Shown here piece by piece: positions 1-13,447 of a stretch of 64,000 nt of DNA. The stretch is from Eledone cirrhosa (Eukaryota). The stretch is from NCBI GenBank assembly GCA_964016885.1, contig OZ024742.1:347138001-347202000 (forward strand), in the 5' to 3' direction. The notes under the pieces were generated by a model. That model was not told where the DNA came from. It saw only the letters and a list, made by a program, of their open reading frames with translations, and did no database searches. The stretch's first letter is position 1, and the number at the start of each line of letters is the position of its first letter. The position numbers and the translations under genes are program-made.

Positions 1-3000
1 GGGGTTAAACAGTAACACCAACAACTGATCCCTCAACACTTCACCAACATCTCTATCACCATCACCTTCACCATCCATGACACTCTCCATCACACCATGA
101 ACTTGTATGGGAGCCACCAAGCCATTCCATGGTCACTTGACTTGCCAAATGCAACAGCCAAATCTCTTTCAGATCATCCTCCTTTTTTTTGTATTTTATA
201 TGGACCCTAACCCCTGATGGAGCCATAGGGGTGCTGTAATGACATACTAGTGTCTTGGGCATTTTAAACTTAGCAGAGCCCATCTCACTCCAAATGTGAA
301 ACACAGCTAATTTCTTCTAGAGAGGGAAAGAGAGTGATAGAGAGGACATGAGGAAGAGATATAGAGGAAGAATAGACTCCAGTACTTGACTGGTACTTTT
401 AATCAATCTTGAAAGGACTTTTTATCAACCTCGAAAGGATAAATGGCAAAGTTGACCTCAGCGGGATTGGAACTCAGTGCAGAGAGCCAGAACAATTACT
501 GCAAAGCATTCTATCTGATGTTCTAACAACTCTGCCAATTCAATGCCTGGTGGAGTTGTAGGAGTGTTGTCTTCGGTATTTAAACTTGGTGTATCTCATC
601 CATCTATGCCAATTTCTTCCAGAGAAATAGAGAGCAAGAGAGCATGAGAAAAAAAGTCAGAAAGAGATATAAAGGAAGAATTGACCCCAGTACTTGAAAG
701 AATGAAAGGTAAAGTTGACCTCAGTAGCATTTGTTTAAACTCAGAGCGCAGGAAGCTAGAACAAATGCCCCAAAACATTCTATCTGATGTTGTAAGACTC
801 TACCAATTTACCACATAGTAACAGCCTTACTACCTCATAAAGAATAACGGACTATCTTGAAGTTGTATTTCAACAAGAGGTATATATACTGTATCACACC
901 ATTTTCCCACTGATGAGAATGCATCAATAATTGAAACACAGAGCCAGATCTGGTGGAAATTGATATTTATATTAATATTTATATTTGTAATTCATAATGT
1001 GTGTTGTATGTATATTCTTGTATATATGTGTGTCTGTGTGAGAGTGTGTGTAGGAGTGTGTGTGTGTCGGTGTGTGTGTGTGTATTGGATTACATTATTC
1101 TAGCCCTACTTAATGCATAAGGTCAGGCACCCTGTTGTAATATTGTAAACATACATAATAGTAACTAGGTTTCTGTTCTCACTTTCTCTCCAAATATTTC
1201 TTGTGTAATCAATAAAGCATAATAGTAATAACCAAGAAAAAAATCTAACCCAAATTTAAACATCTCAATGATAAACAAAAATATAGCAAATTACAAACAA
1301 GCGCCGTGTGAGAAGCTCAAATTTTCAAACTTACTAAGTGCCAAGGAAATTAATTTACAAGAAGTTGTAGGAAGCTCTCAGGCACAAAAAATAACTTCAA
1401 TTACAGTCAGTTGCTAAATAACTTCAATTACAGTCAGCTTATATAAATAGAGACAGGAAAATGTTGCCAGCAACCCCTACACAACATTAAAGTTCAAATA
1501 ATAGTAATTACTAGTTAATTGGACTCAACTAATATTACTTACTCATGACTCAAGCTCAACTAATATTATTTACTCATGGCTCAAGCTCAACTAATATTAG
1601 TTACTCATGACCCAAGCTCAAATAATACTAGTTACTATTGAATGACGCTCAAGTAAAATTACTCATTAGTCAGACCTACATAAGACTATACACTGTCAAG
1701 TTCAACTAAACTCAGACTAATCAACAATAAAACAAAGCAACCTATATGCAGTGGCTTGATCTGCTAGAAATAGCAACCAATTCTCCTTGAAATTATACCT
1801 TATTGTCTTAAAACAGGAAGGATACATTAGTCAATGTGTTTCTAGATATCTTGTTCTTTAAACCCATAACTCCTGATAGAGTCATAGAGGTGCCATAGTG
1901 ACATACAGCATTTCTTGGGCTTTTTTAACCCTAGCTGAGTCTATCTCTGTTCTCGGTCTGAACTCAGCTGATTTCTTCCAGAGAGAGGGAGAGAGAGGAA
2001 GGGAGTGAGATATTGAGGAAGTATCAACCCCAGTATCAGACTGATATTTTATTATTCGACCTCAAAAGGATGAAATCAAAGTTAACCTTGGTGGAATTTG
2101 AACTCAGAGAGCAGAGAGCCAGAAGAAATACTCCAAAGCATTGTATCCAACGTTCTAATGACTCTGCCAGTTCACTGCCTTCTTTCTAGATATATCTCGT
2201 CTGAAAAAGGACATCGTTTTCAGAGCTGGAACATATTATAACATAGGCCTGTTTAATCATAATTCACTGATAGTTAACTCTTTAGCGTTTACATTATTCT
2301 ATATATACTATTGTGTTTTCGCAGTAAGCACTTAACTCGCATAATTATCTCACATATTATCGAATCTATGAGATTTTGATATTATTTATTTTGAGGACAA
2401 TACCTTCACATCAGTATGAGTAACCAGTTATGACCAGTTTAAACAGAAAGAGATGAGAGACTTCTGGCCGGATAGGGCCGGTTTAAATGTTAAAGGGTTA
2501 AGTAACAACAATAAAAATAAGACTAAACAACTGTAAGTCAGACTGACATAACACTTAACCAATTACAATGACTAAGATTGAACCAATTTAACCCTTCAGC
2601 ATTTACATTACTCTATATTTACTATTATATTTTCGTGCTAAAAGCTTTACCCTACATCATTATCTCACATAATATCAAATCTATGAGATTTTAATATTAT
2701 TTATTTTGAGAATAATACCTTAACATCAGTATGAGGAGCTGGTTACAGCCGGTTTGAACAGAAAGAGGTGAGAGAATTCTGACCGGATATGGCTGGTTTA
2801 AATGCTAAAGGATTAATGACATTACTGCAGAGGTTTTTGTTTATCCTATCATTACTATATTGTCTCATGTATAATACAAGAAATTTCAAACTAAAATTAG
2901 TGGAAAAAAAAAAAAGGTGGTCGTATTTTACATAAATAGATGCTTTCAGATATTTTTACTGAGCTTAAAAATACTAATTTCAAATGTCAACATAGCAAAT

Positions 3001-3349
3001 ATTTGTTGACAACAATATTTGATGTCAGAAATATTTATTTGGAAATCAATGTAATTAAATGTTATTTGTCTCAAAAACAGAAAAATTGATTGAACTAATT
3101 AATAAAGGAACAACATAAAACTTGGTTGTTTTATATTGTTTAATGTCATAGATTAAGATTTTGATGGATGGATAACAGGGTATAAGGTTACAGAAATAAT
3201 TATATAGAAATGGCTGTACTCCAGGGTGGTATAATATTAGATACAAAGAAATACGGCAGTTGTGAAATTTATATCAAACTGAAATATAGAATAATTGTCC
3301 AGAGAGGATCATGGTTGAAATCTGTTCAAGAGAGATTGTTACTGGAATG

Positions 3350-4425
3350 AAGATGATGATGATGATGATGATGATGATGGTGATGATGATGGTGGTGATG
3401 ATGATGATGGTGATGGTGATGATGGTGATGGTGATGATGATAATAATGATGATGGCGACGGTGATGATGGTGATGATAATGATGATGATGGTGATGGTGA
3501 TGATGGTGATGGTGAAGGTGATGATAATGATGATGATGGTGATGGTGGTGATGATGATGGTGATGGTGATGGTGGTGATGGTGATGATGGTGATGGTGGT
3601 CGTGATGGTGATAATGGTAATGATGATGGTAATAGTGATGATAATAATGATGATGGTGATGATGATGGTGGTGATGATAATGATGATGATGGTGATGGTG
3701 ATGATGGTGATGATGATGGTGATGGTGATAATGGTGGTGATGATGGTGATGGTGATGATGATGATGATAGTAATGGTGATGGTGATGGTGATGATGATAA
3801 TGGTGATGATGATGGTGATGATGATGGTAATAGTGATGATAATAATGATGATGGTGATGATGATGGTGGTGATGATAATGATGATGATGGTGATGGTGAT
3901 GATGGTGATGGTGATGATGATGGTGATGATGATAATGGTGGTGATGATGGTGATGATGATGATGATAGTAATGGTGATGGTGATGGTGATGATGATAATG
4001 GTGATGATGATGGTAATGATGATGGTAATAGTGATGATAATAATGATGATGGTGATGATGGTGGTGATGATAATGATGATGATGGTGATGGTGATGATGG
4101 TGATGATGATGGTGATGATGATAATGGTGGTGATGATGGTGATGATGGTGATGATGATGATAGTAATGGTGATGGTGATGGTGATGGTGATGATGATAAT
4201 GGTGGTGATGATGGTGATGATGGTGATGATGATGATAGTAATGGTGATGGTGATGGTGATGATGATAATGGTGATGATGATGGTGATGATGATGGTAATA
4301 GTGATGATAATAATGATGATGCTGATGATGATGGTAATGATGATGATGGTGATGATGGTAATGATGATGATGGTAATAGTGATGATGGTGATGATAATAG
4401 TGATGATGGTCGTGATGATGATGAT
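3350..4425. repeat. (GAT/GGT/AAT)n trinucleotide array with higher-order repeats
   Basis: Direct inspection. Confidence 0.95.
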
Positions 4426-4884
4426 TATCTCCAACATTGGAACAATGCCAGCATTTTGGAGTAAAAAAGAAACCAATTATATCAACCCCCAGTATTTTAT
4501 TGGTACCTTAATTTAGCTACCCCAGAAGGAAGAAAGGCAAAAATTGACATCAATGGGGAAAAATCACTTAGGGTAATTTGGGACAAAACCCCACCCAGAT
4601 AAGGGTTTCTGATTTAGGCACAAGACCAACAATTGGAAGGGAGGGGAAAGTCATTTAAATTGAACCCTGGTGCATTACGGGTACTTTATTTCAACGATCC
4701 CATAAGGATGAAAGGCAAATCTATCCTTGGCGGGATTTGAAATCAGTACATAAAGAGACGTAACTCTATGCCTGGAAACATAGTGTCCAACGCTCTACCG
4801 ATACTACCAATCCACTGCCCTTCCACACCCAAATAATATAAAAACAAAATATACTGACTTGAAGATTGAAATTACACAAATTTG

Positions 4885-5083
4885 GTCAAAAGCAACCAAC
4901 CCAGGAGTAGACTCTGAGCAAGATGGTTGGATAACATCCATGAGCTTGGCTAGTCTCACTTGGGGATCCAGCCGGATCAGTTGGAGACAGTTGCTTCTGA
5001 CAGGACCCGCTGGAAAGAGTGTTTGAGGACTCTGCCTCCACAACCCTCTCAGGAATAAGTGGAAGAAGCAGAAGCAGAAGCAG
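4885..5083 (+). mobile_element. RTE-clade LINE 3' end fragment
   Basis: PRSRL*ARWLDNIHELG*SHLGIQPDQLETVASDRTRWKECLRTLPPQPSQE* matches the RTE/Expander C-terminus. Followed by a (GAAGCA)n tail. Confidence 0.75.
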
Positions 5084-5772
5084 TATCTTTTATTAGAAAT
5101 ATGGTAACCAAAAAAGGGTTAAGACAAAATGTCCAGTAGAAATCCATCTTCTTTATGTCAGTTCCATTCCATGTAGCATTCCACATCAGACCATTCTTGG
5201 ATGGTTCTTGTAACCACCCTCTTTTTAAATTTCTATAAGAGGATACTAATTTCTCACTCACACTTTCTTCATTTTTGGAGAAAGTGATTCTGTAATAAAG
5301 CCCACATGGGAACACCTAACTAAAGATTTAACTGGGATCATAATAAATTATTTATTTTAGTTAAAAAAATTAATTTTGAATTCTTTATTTATTGTAAGCC
5401 ATTGCAGTAGCCCTGTCAACCCTATCTCTCATTTAATCTGCCACTGGTAGAGATTGTCTTCCATGATCCTTCTCATTGTGGAATATAACAAGTTCAAAGA
5501 GAAACAGATAAGAGAGAGAGACAGTCGATCGACTTTTTGTCAAATTGGACCAAGGAAACAATGTTTCCATTGGTCTTTCCAATTGCTAATACTATCTATC
5601 GGTCACAACTCCAGGTAGAAGGAGCAATGTGAAATAAAGTGTCTTGCTCAAGGACAGAGACAGATAAATAGCTGATCAATACAACTCAACAACAACAACA
5701 ACAGCAACAACTGTATCAGGCTGCTGATAGTCTTTTACTATAGAAACCAGATTCAGCTATTTTAGGTTTGTT

Positions 5773-7400
5773 TAACACTTTTGATACCAAACTGACTGGG
5801 ACCCCTCCTGGTTCTATGATGTGAAACTCTCTGTGTTTAAATTGTTTGCATTTATCCAAAACAGGGTTTCCCAAACTTTTTCAAATGCAGAGCCCTTTTT
5901 GTTTCAGAAACTTTTGAGGGAACCCCAAAGTCTAACACTGTTATATGGTCATATAATAAATATACTCCTCTACCTTATTTTACAGAACCCCAGACACTCA
6001 TTTGCAGAACCCTTGGATTCCAAGGAACCCCCTTTGGGAGCCACTCATCTAAATTCTTTCCATCATATTTTTTATGTAACAACCTTTAAGTTATGTTCCA
6101 TACAGCAGCTTAATAATGAGAAAGTTAGTTATATTTCTAAAGCTTTACTAAATCTTCATTATTTTCAAAATTATTTTAAAATCCTAGTTAGTGTCTTTCA
6201 TTAGAAATATGATTTCTACTATAGGCACAAGGCCAGCAATTTGGGGGAGGGGAAAGTCAATTAAATCAACCCCAGTACATTATTGGTGCTTTATTTTATC
6301 GACCCTGTGAGGCAAAGCTAACCTCAGTGGAATTTGAAATCAGAACATAAAGGGCTGTAATATAGTGACCGATGCTCTACCGATATTGCTAATCAACCGC
6401 CCTTTCTTTCATTAGAAATATAGGTTGGCCCTTCCTAGCGCCAACCTCATTTACAGTGTGGACTGGGTACCTTTTGTCATGACACCTACATGACCACTTT
6501 ACAGTGTGGACTGGGTACTTTTTGTCATAACATCAACACAACCACTTTACAGTGTGAGCTGGGCGCTATTAATCTAAAACCTTTCCATCATAATTTTATG
6601 TTAGAAGCTTTGTTAAGTTATGTTCCAAAGACCAGCTTAATAATGAGAAAGTTAGTTATATTACTAAATCCTTCCAAATTCTTCATTTTCAAAATTTATT
6701 GAAACACATTGGCAGTGTGTTTCATTAGAAATATGGTAATGAAAGGGTTAATGTGTTTATATTTATCTAAAACACTTCCATCGTCATTTTATGTTAGAAC
6801 CTTTGTTAAGTTATGTTCCAAACACCAGATAAATAATGAGATAGTTATATTATTAGAACTATGGTAACAAGAGGGTTAAAGTGTTTATATTTATCTAAAA
6901 CCTTTCACCATACATAACATTTCTTATATTTATATTTTATCTGATGTTGCAACTAGATCTCTCCAATAAACAATGATTGATTCTTAACCCTATTGATACC
7001 AAAACCTATAAAACTGCCATTGATTCTACAAAAGAAAACTATTTTAAAGTGTTTATATTCATCTAAAAACCTTCCATAATAATTTTATGTAAGAACCTGT
7101 GTTAAGTTATGTTCTAAACATCAGCTTAATAATGAGGAAGTTAGTTATATTACTAAATACCTTCAAATTCTTGGTTATATATTTGAAAATCAAAGGCAAT
7201 GTCTTTGGAAAGGGTTAAAGAATTTATATTTATCTAAAAAAATGTTCCATCATAATTTTATGTTCTGTTCTAAACACCAGGTAAATAATGAGAAAGTTAG
7301 TTATATTACTAAATCCCTCCGTTCTTTATTATTTTCAAAATTATTTGAAGATCATAGGCAGCGCCTTTTATTTGAAATATGATAATGAAAGGGTCAATGT
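5773..7400 (+). mobile_element. Cluster of a second TTAA-CCCTTT-ended repeat family (tandem partial copies)
   Basis: Repeated block tttatctaaaac...ccatcataattttatg...gttatgttccaaacaccagcttaataatgagaaagttag...agaaatatggtaatgaaagggttaa. Reverse copies at about 23870-26130 and 59585-60152. Confidence 0.65.
5861..6047. mobile_element. hAT (Charlie-like) MITE
   Basis: Ends CAGGGTTTCCCAAAC...TTTGGGAGCCACTC, with a degenerate 8-bp TSD atccaaaa/atctaaat. Confidence 0.6.
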
Positions 7401-8026
7401 ATATTTAGTTTGGGAGGGATAAAATCAGTTAAGGTAATGCCAATGGAGAAGAATTCAATTCAATTTAATTTTGAGTCATCATATTTTTTTTATACAAATA
7501 CAAAGAATCAATTCCAAAAAACATCCACAACAATTGGTTTTTAAAGAATTTCAATATATCTGAAATGGTAATCACTAATATTGAACTACAACAACAAATT
7601 ACACATTCCTTTTGATCGGTTTAAACATTTCAAATACAGTTGATTATCAATAAAGTCCAATAATTAGAGAGATCACAAACTTTGTAAGACAAAAGTACAT
7701 TATTATAAACATAACAATAATCATAACATCAACATTGGTTAAATAATCACACAATAACAGACTAAAGGGAGCATTATTAGTAGCCATGAAATCTACATAA
7801 ACTATGCATCATTTATAGCAATGATTCTATTGTATCATACGTTCAGGTGTAATGGTTCTAAAGACAAATAGATATATATGGTCGCTGCAGGCAATGTCAC
7901 TACATTTAAATCTGCTTTTCTATAATAATTCTCTATGTAAAAAGCCAAATGAAACAGACAAGATGTCAAACCTAGCATGGTGCATGCACTGAACACAAAC
8001 AAAATAGCCCTGCAGCATCCACTTAC

Positions 8027-8056
8027 CGATTCCTTTATCTCTTTCGCAAGTAACAT
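8027..8056 (-). CDS. Probable 30-nt microexon of the alpha-arrestin gene, (D)VTCERDKGI
   Basis: Long pyrimidine tract then ccatgcctccacag| ATGTTACTTGCGAAAGAGATAAAGGAATCG |gtaagt. Phase 1-1, open in the exon-2 frame, and located in non-repetitive sequence. Confidence 0.6.
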
Positions 8057-9180
8057 CTGTGGAGGCATGGAAACAAAACATGGAATCGTTTGAAAGAAAG
8101 AAACAAAAAAAAAAACACACACACACTAACATCATCAATTTTAATAATATTTCAAGTAAATTATATATCGAGAGCCGATGGTAGTTTGAAGAATTACTCA
8201 GACAGGTATGGGGCAATCCACAGAGTTATTTCAATAATATTTTGAAACAAGCTACACAAACACAACTGAAAGTGGAACTCCAAATAAAAACTCGTTAACA
8301 CAAACCATCACCAAAACTTAAATTAAAACAAATAAAAGGAAAAATAAACAAATAAAACCAAACACTTTAGATATATTAGTCTCATATTATAGTAAGACAG
8401 TAATAGATTCATTTAACACTAGATATCAACCTCGCCAAAACCAACTCTGGTTATATGAAACAAAGCCACCCAATTTTTAAAGATTCCTATTTATATTAAG
8501 ATCTAAAAATATGATTTTATATAAGAAACATATGTTATTATCATAGTAACGAAGTAATTAATAATTTTAATAAATCCCTCCAAATTCTTCATTAATTAAT
8601 TGAAATGAAGTGTACTTCATAAGAAAGATGATCATGAGAGGGTTAACCTTTTTGAAAACAGCTTGCATGAAACTACTCAGGGTTATACAATATAAAACCG
8701 TTGTCTTAAAGTCAACACTGTAATTTTATGTAAGAACCTTTGTTAAGTTGTGTTCCAAACATCTGATAAATAATGAGAAAGTTGTGGATACAGCATGTTC
8801 AAAAGTTAAGGAGTTTGCTATGCAACCATTAAACCCAGGGTTGAATCCCACTGTGTGACGTCTTGAGCAAGTGTTATTTATCATAGCCTCAGGTTGACAT
8901 ATGTCTTGTGAGTAAAACTGGGTAGACAGAAACTGTTTGGAAGCCTGTCAGATGAACTGTACCTGTATTTCAAAGGGACAGCCTTGTCACCCTCAATGTC
9001 AGATGAACTGTACCTGTATTTCAAAGGGACAGCCTTGTCACCCTCAATGTCATGCTGAATCTCACAGGGAATTATGTTAAAGGTACACATTCCTGTGAAA
9101 TAGACAAAAATAGAGACCACAAATAATTTGTGATTGTTACCTGAATAAGAACCACATCATCTGAGGTTGTTACCCGAGAC

Positions 9181-9447
9181 CAGGGTCACATTAAGTCTTT
9201 TTGAGGCCTTAAGCACTTAAAAGATTATACTACCCTCACACCCACTCAATTCTACAAACAATTTTCTTTTAATGACAAATATAATTAAATTCAATATAAT
9301 GGTGCCTTTGAAGACCTAACTGGAGAAGGGTTCCGTTCCAAAGGCATGGGTAAGTCAGTCCTAAGAAACAGGCAATGATGATGGTGCCCTTCTTTCATCG
9401 ATGCCCTAAGCAGGTACTTATTTTGCTTAATAGCTGATCCAGTCCTG
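9181..9447. mobile_element. Degenerate hAT-like MITE
   Basis: Ends CAGGGTCACATTAAG...ATCCAGTCCTG, with a degenerate 8-bp flanking duplication cccgagac/cctcagat. Confidence 0.4.
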
Positions 9448-9693
9448 CCTCAGATACACTAGAATAGGGACAACATAATCAGGAATTGTTACCTGAATAG
9501 GGACCTGAGAACAACTGAAATTGTTACGTGAGGTAGATTAGAGTAGGGACCACATCACCTGGGTAGGTTATTGGTGATAGACTGAAATGGGGATCACAGG
9601 TAACTTGGGATTGTTCCCCAATATAAAATTAAATGGGGACCAGATATCTGGGGTTGTTACATGAGAAAGATTGGAGTAGGAACCACATCATTA

Positions 9694-10693
9694 GGGTATG
9701 TTACAAGAGATAGACTATGTTACAAGGTATGTTACAAGGTATGTTACAAGAGATAGACTATGTTACAGGGTATGTTACAAGGTATGTTACAAAAGATAGA
9801 CTATGTTACAGGGTATGTTACAAGGTATGGTACAAGAGATAGATTATGTTACAGGGTGTGTTACAGGGTATGTTACAAGGTATGTTACAAGGTATGTTAC
9901 AAGAGATATACAGGTTACAGGGTATGTTACTAGGTTACAAAGTATGTTACAAGAGATCGACTAGGTTACATGGTATGTTACAAGGTATGTCACAAGAGAT
10001 AGACTAGGTTACAAGGTATGTTACAAGAGATAGACTAGGTTACAGGGCATGTTACAGGGTATGTTACAAGGTATGTTACAAGGTATGTTACAAGAGATCA
10101 ACTAGGTTACAAGGTATGTTACAGGGTTTGTTACAAGAGACTGACTAGGTTACAAGGTATGTTACAAGGTATGTTACAAGGTATGTTACAAGAGACAGAT
10201 TATGTTACAGGATATGTTACAAGATATGTTACAAGATGGTACAAGGTATGTTACAAAGTATGTTACAAGAAACAGACTAGGATACAAGATATGTTACAAG
10301 ATATGTTACAAGAGATAGACAGGTTACAAGGTATGTTACAAGAGATAGACTTTGTTACAGGGTATGTTACAAAAGATAAGGTATGTAACAAGGTATGTAA
10401 CAAGGTATGTTACAAGGTATGTTACAAGGTATGTTACAAGGTATGTTACAAGGTATGTTACAAGGTATGTTACAAGGTATGTTACAAGAAACAGACTAGG
10501 ATACAAGATATGTTACAAGATATGTTACAAGAGATAGACAGGTTACAGGGTATGTTACAAAAGATAAGGTATGTTACAAGGTATGTAACAAGGTATGTAA
10601 CAAGGTATGTTACAATGTATGTTACAAGGTATGTTACAAGGTATGTTACAAGGTATGTTACAAGGTATGTTACAAGTGATAGACTAGGTTACA
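9694..10693. repeat. 11-bp minisatellite (AGGTATGTTAC with AAGAGATAGACT variants)
   Basis: Direct inspection. Confidence 0.95.
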
Positions 10694-10846
10694 GCCTGTT
10701 TGATGTGATTAATGTGGAAATGGGTGTGGTTAATAATAGATGTAAGTTTATTGCATATAATTAATTATATATTGATATTGGTCCAAATCCAAGGCTGCAT
10801 GTGTACACAGACATATAGATGCATACACACACACAAACATACATAT

Positions 10847-10877
<31 letters not shown>

Positions 10878-10902
10878 TAGAGAGAGAGATAGATAGAGAT
10901 AG

Positions 10903-10937
<35 letters not shown>

Positions 10938-11095
10938 GAGTTAGACAGACAGACAGACAGACAGAGATAGAGGCAAACAGACAGTCAGACACAAATTTTT
11001 CAAATTTCCCGTCCATCTTTCATTGCCATAGCCTTCAAATAACACTATTTTATACAGTATAAACAATGCTTCAAGCAAACTACAGTTCTCTCATA

Positions 11096-11161
<66 letters not shown>

Positions 11162-11204
11162 TGTATATATGACGTTAAACGATGATGATGATGATGATGA
11201 TATA

Positions 11205-11247
<43 letters not shown>

Positions 11248-11887
11248 AAAACAACAGAAGGACGGACTGGAAGATATGCTTTAAAATTTATATATATATT
11301 TTATCTATATCTCTATATATATATCATTATCATTCTCATTTAACGTCCATCTTCTGCACTAGCATGGGTTAGACGGGAGTTGTCCCACTTGAGGCAAGGT
11401 TGGTCAGGTGACCGTGTCTCACTCATATAGGACTATCTGGCAGGTTTTCTACGGCTGGATGCCCTTCCTAACACCAACCACGAAACGGCCGGAGCTCAGC
11501 CATCGGGGTCCTGATTCTTTTCCTATTATCCACTCTACTACCCTAAGTATCGAGTACTCTGGTGTGTCCACCTGGTTTCTTACCACACTTTCTTTGTTAT
11601 ATATAAATAAATATGTATACAAACATATATATAAATATATACATACATAGATAGATAGATAGATACATATACATATAAATATATATATATACATACCATT
11701 GTACATCTGTTTTCCATGCTGACATGGGTTGAATAGGTTGTTACATTCTGTAACTAAACAAGTACTACATAGATCAGATGGCCATGTCCTACTCATACAT
11801 CCATTTTGGCATGTTTCTATAGCAGGATGCTCTGCCTAACACAAACCAATTTACATTATGTACTTGATGCATTTTATCTTCATGCTA

Positions 11888-12237
11888 ACACCACTTTACA
11901 TAGTGAGTTGGGTACATTTTATTGTAACACCAGCACTACCACTTTACAGAGTGTACTAGGTGCATTTTATTGTGGCACCAGCACTACCACTTTACAGAGT
12001 GTACTAGGTGCATTTTATTGTGGCACCAGTACTACCACTTTACAGAGTGTACTAGGTGCATTTTATTGTGGCACCAACGCTACCACTTTACAGAGTGTAC
12101 TAGGTGCATTTTATTGTGGCACCAACACTACCACTTTACAGAGTGTACTAGGTGCATTTTATTGTGGCACCAGCACTGCCACTTTACAGAGTGTACTAGG
12201 TGCATTTTATTGTGGCACCAACACTACCACTTTACAA
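11888..12237. repeat. 45-bp minisatellite derived from a SINE-tail segment
   Basis: Unit ccactttacagagtgtactaggtgcattttattgtggcaccagcacta-like, about 7-8 copies. The same sequence occurs about twice at 14405-14500. Confidence 0.9.
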
Positions 12238-13059
12238 TTACTGTATAATTTGAGCTCAACACACAGAGAGCTAGAACAAATACCACAAGGCATTTTAAAC
12301 AACACCCTAGGCTTCTCAAACTCCTTATTTGATAAACCTTTTTGTAACAAAATTTAATTTCTATTCACTCCAACAATTGTCAAGGTTTTCTCCCTTCTGA
12401 ACCCTCTTTGGGGTCTCAGGATACACAATCTTTTTGTGTCTATCCCACACCTCTCAGGAGAAGTCGCAGGCCCATTGCTAGTTTTTGTGGAGACTGCAAT
12501 ATATTTTTCAAACAGGCCCCTCTACCTAAGGCCTGAAGGTGTCCCTTCTTAACCCGCATGAAGGATGATGCAGTATGGTTCTTTTGTGAATCTCTCACCA
12601 TATTACAGTTTTAGTGATCTTATTGGCACCAGTCACTAATCTGCTACTTTCTCAAACCCGTGAAAACTAAATACAAAATTACAAAATATAACTGTATAAT
12701 CTATTAGTATTTAATACAAGTTGCAGGAGACAAGAAGCAATAAACTATAAATACAAATGTATCTTTAATGTTTGAATTATTTTTACTGTGAAGGTTGGGA
12801 GAGTATGATGAGATCATGATTATCAGATTTACAGGTTTGGGAGTTTGAGCCACAAATTACCACATTCTATGTTCAAGGGGCTTCTATGTTTGATAAGTAA
12901 ATAATAGACATAGCTAAACCCAGACTGAAGTATTTATAAACTTGGAAAAGCTGGTAAAAAAAACTCAACAATTATATGAAGCTTGGGATGATATTTTGCT
13001 ATAGTTTTTTCATTCATCCAGTAATATCCAGTTCTTTTAAATATGAACATAGACTTTCA

Positions 13060-13447
13060 TCATCATCATCATCATTTTACATCCGCTTTTCCCTCCTTGC
13101 AAGGGTGGGACGGGAACTGATTCTGGCTTGATTTCTACAGCTGGATACCCTTTCTAACACCAACCTCATTTACAGTGAGTGCTGGGTGCTTTTTTTCCGT
13201 GGCGCCTACACGTCCACTTTACAGTGTGGGCTGGGTGCTTTTTTTGCCGTGACACCTCCATGACCACTTTGCAGTGGAATGATAGGGACCCCAGTCCCTA
13301 TCATCTCATTTCTACAGCTGAGTAAACTGGAGCAATGTGAAATAAAGTGTCTTGCTCAAGGAAACAATACATCACCCGGTCTGAGAATTGAATTCACAAC
13401 CTTTCGATTGCAAGGCCAATGCTCTAACCACTAAGCCATGTGCCTCC
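13060..13447 (-). mobile_element. tRNA-derived SINE family B with (GAT)n tail
   Basis: GGAGGCACATGGCTTAGTGGTTAGAGC...CCTTGAGCAAGACACTT...ending in GATGATGAT. A near-identical truncated copy lies at 40590-40875, with relatives at 30290-30565 and 37540-39090. Confidence 0.75.

Noticed and set aside
68-304. 78-aa ORF
   Set aside because: Overlaps SINE-like sequence (gcaacagccaaatctc) and has no recognisable motif.
3274-4516. Met/Val-rich and Ile/Thr-rich 400-aa ORFs (reflectin-like Met richness)
   Set aside because: (GAT/GGT)n repeat with no reflectin motif.
5049-5315. 88-aa non-repetitive ORF as a possible exon
   Set aside because: No arrestin similarity, no convincing donor site and no recognisable domain.
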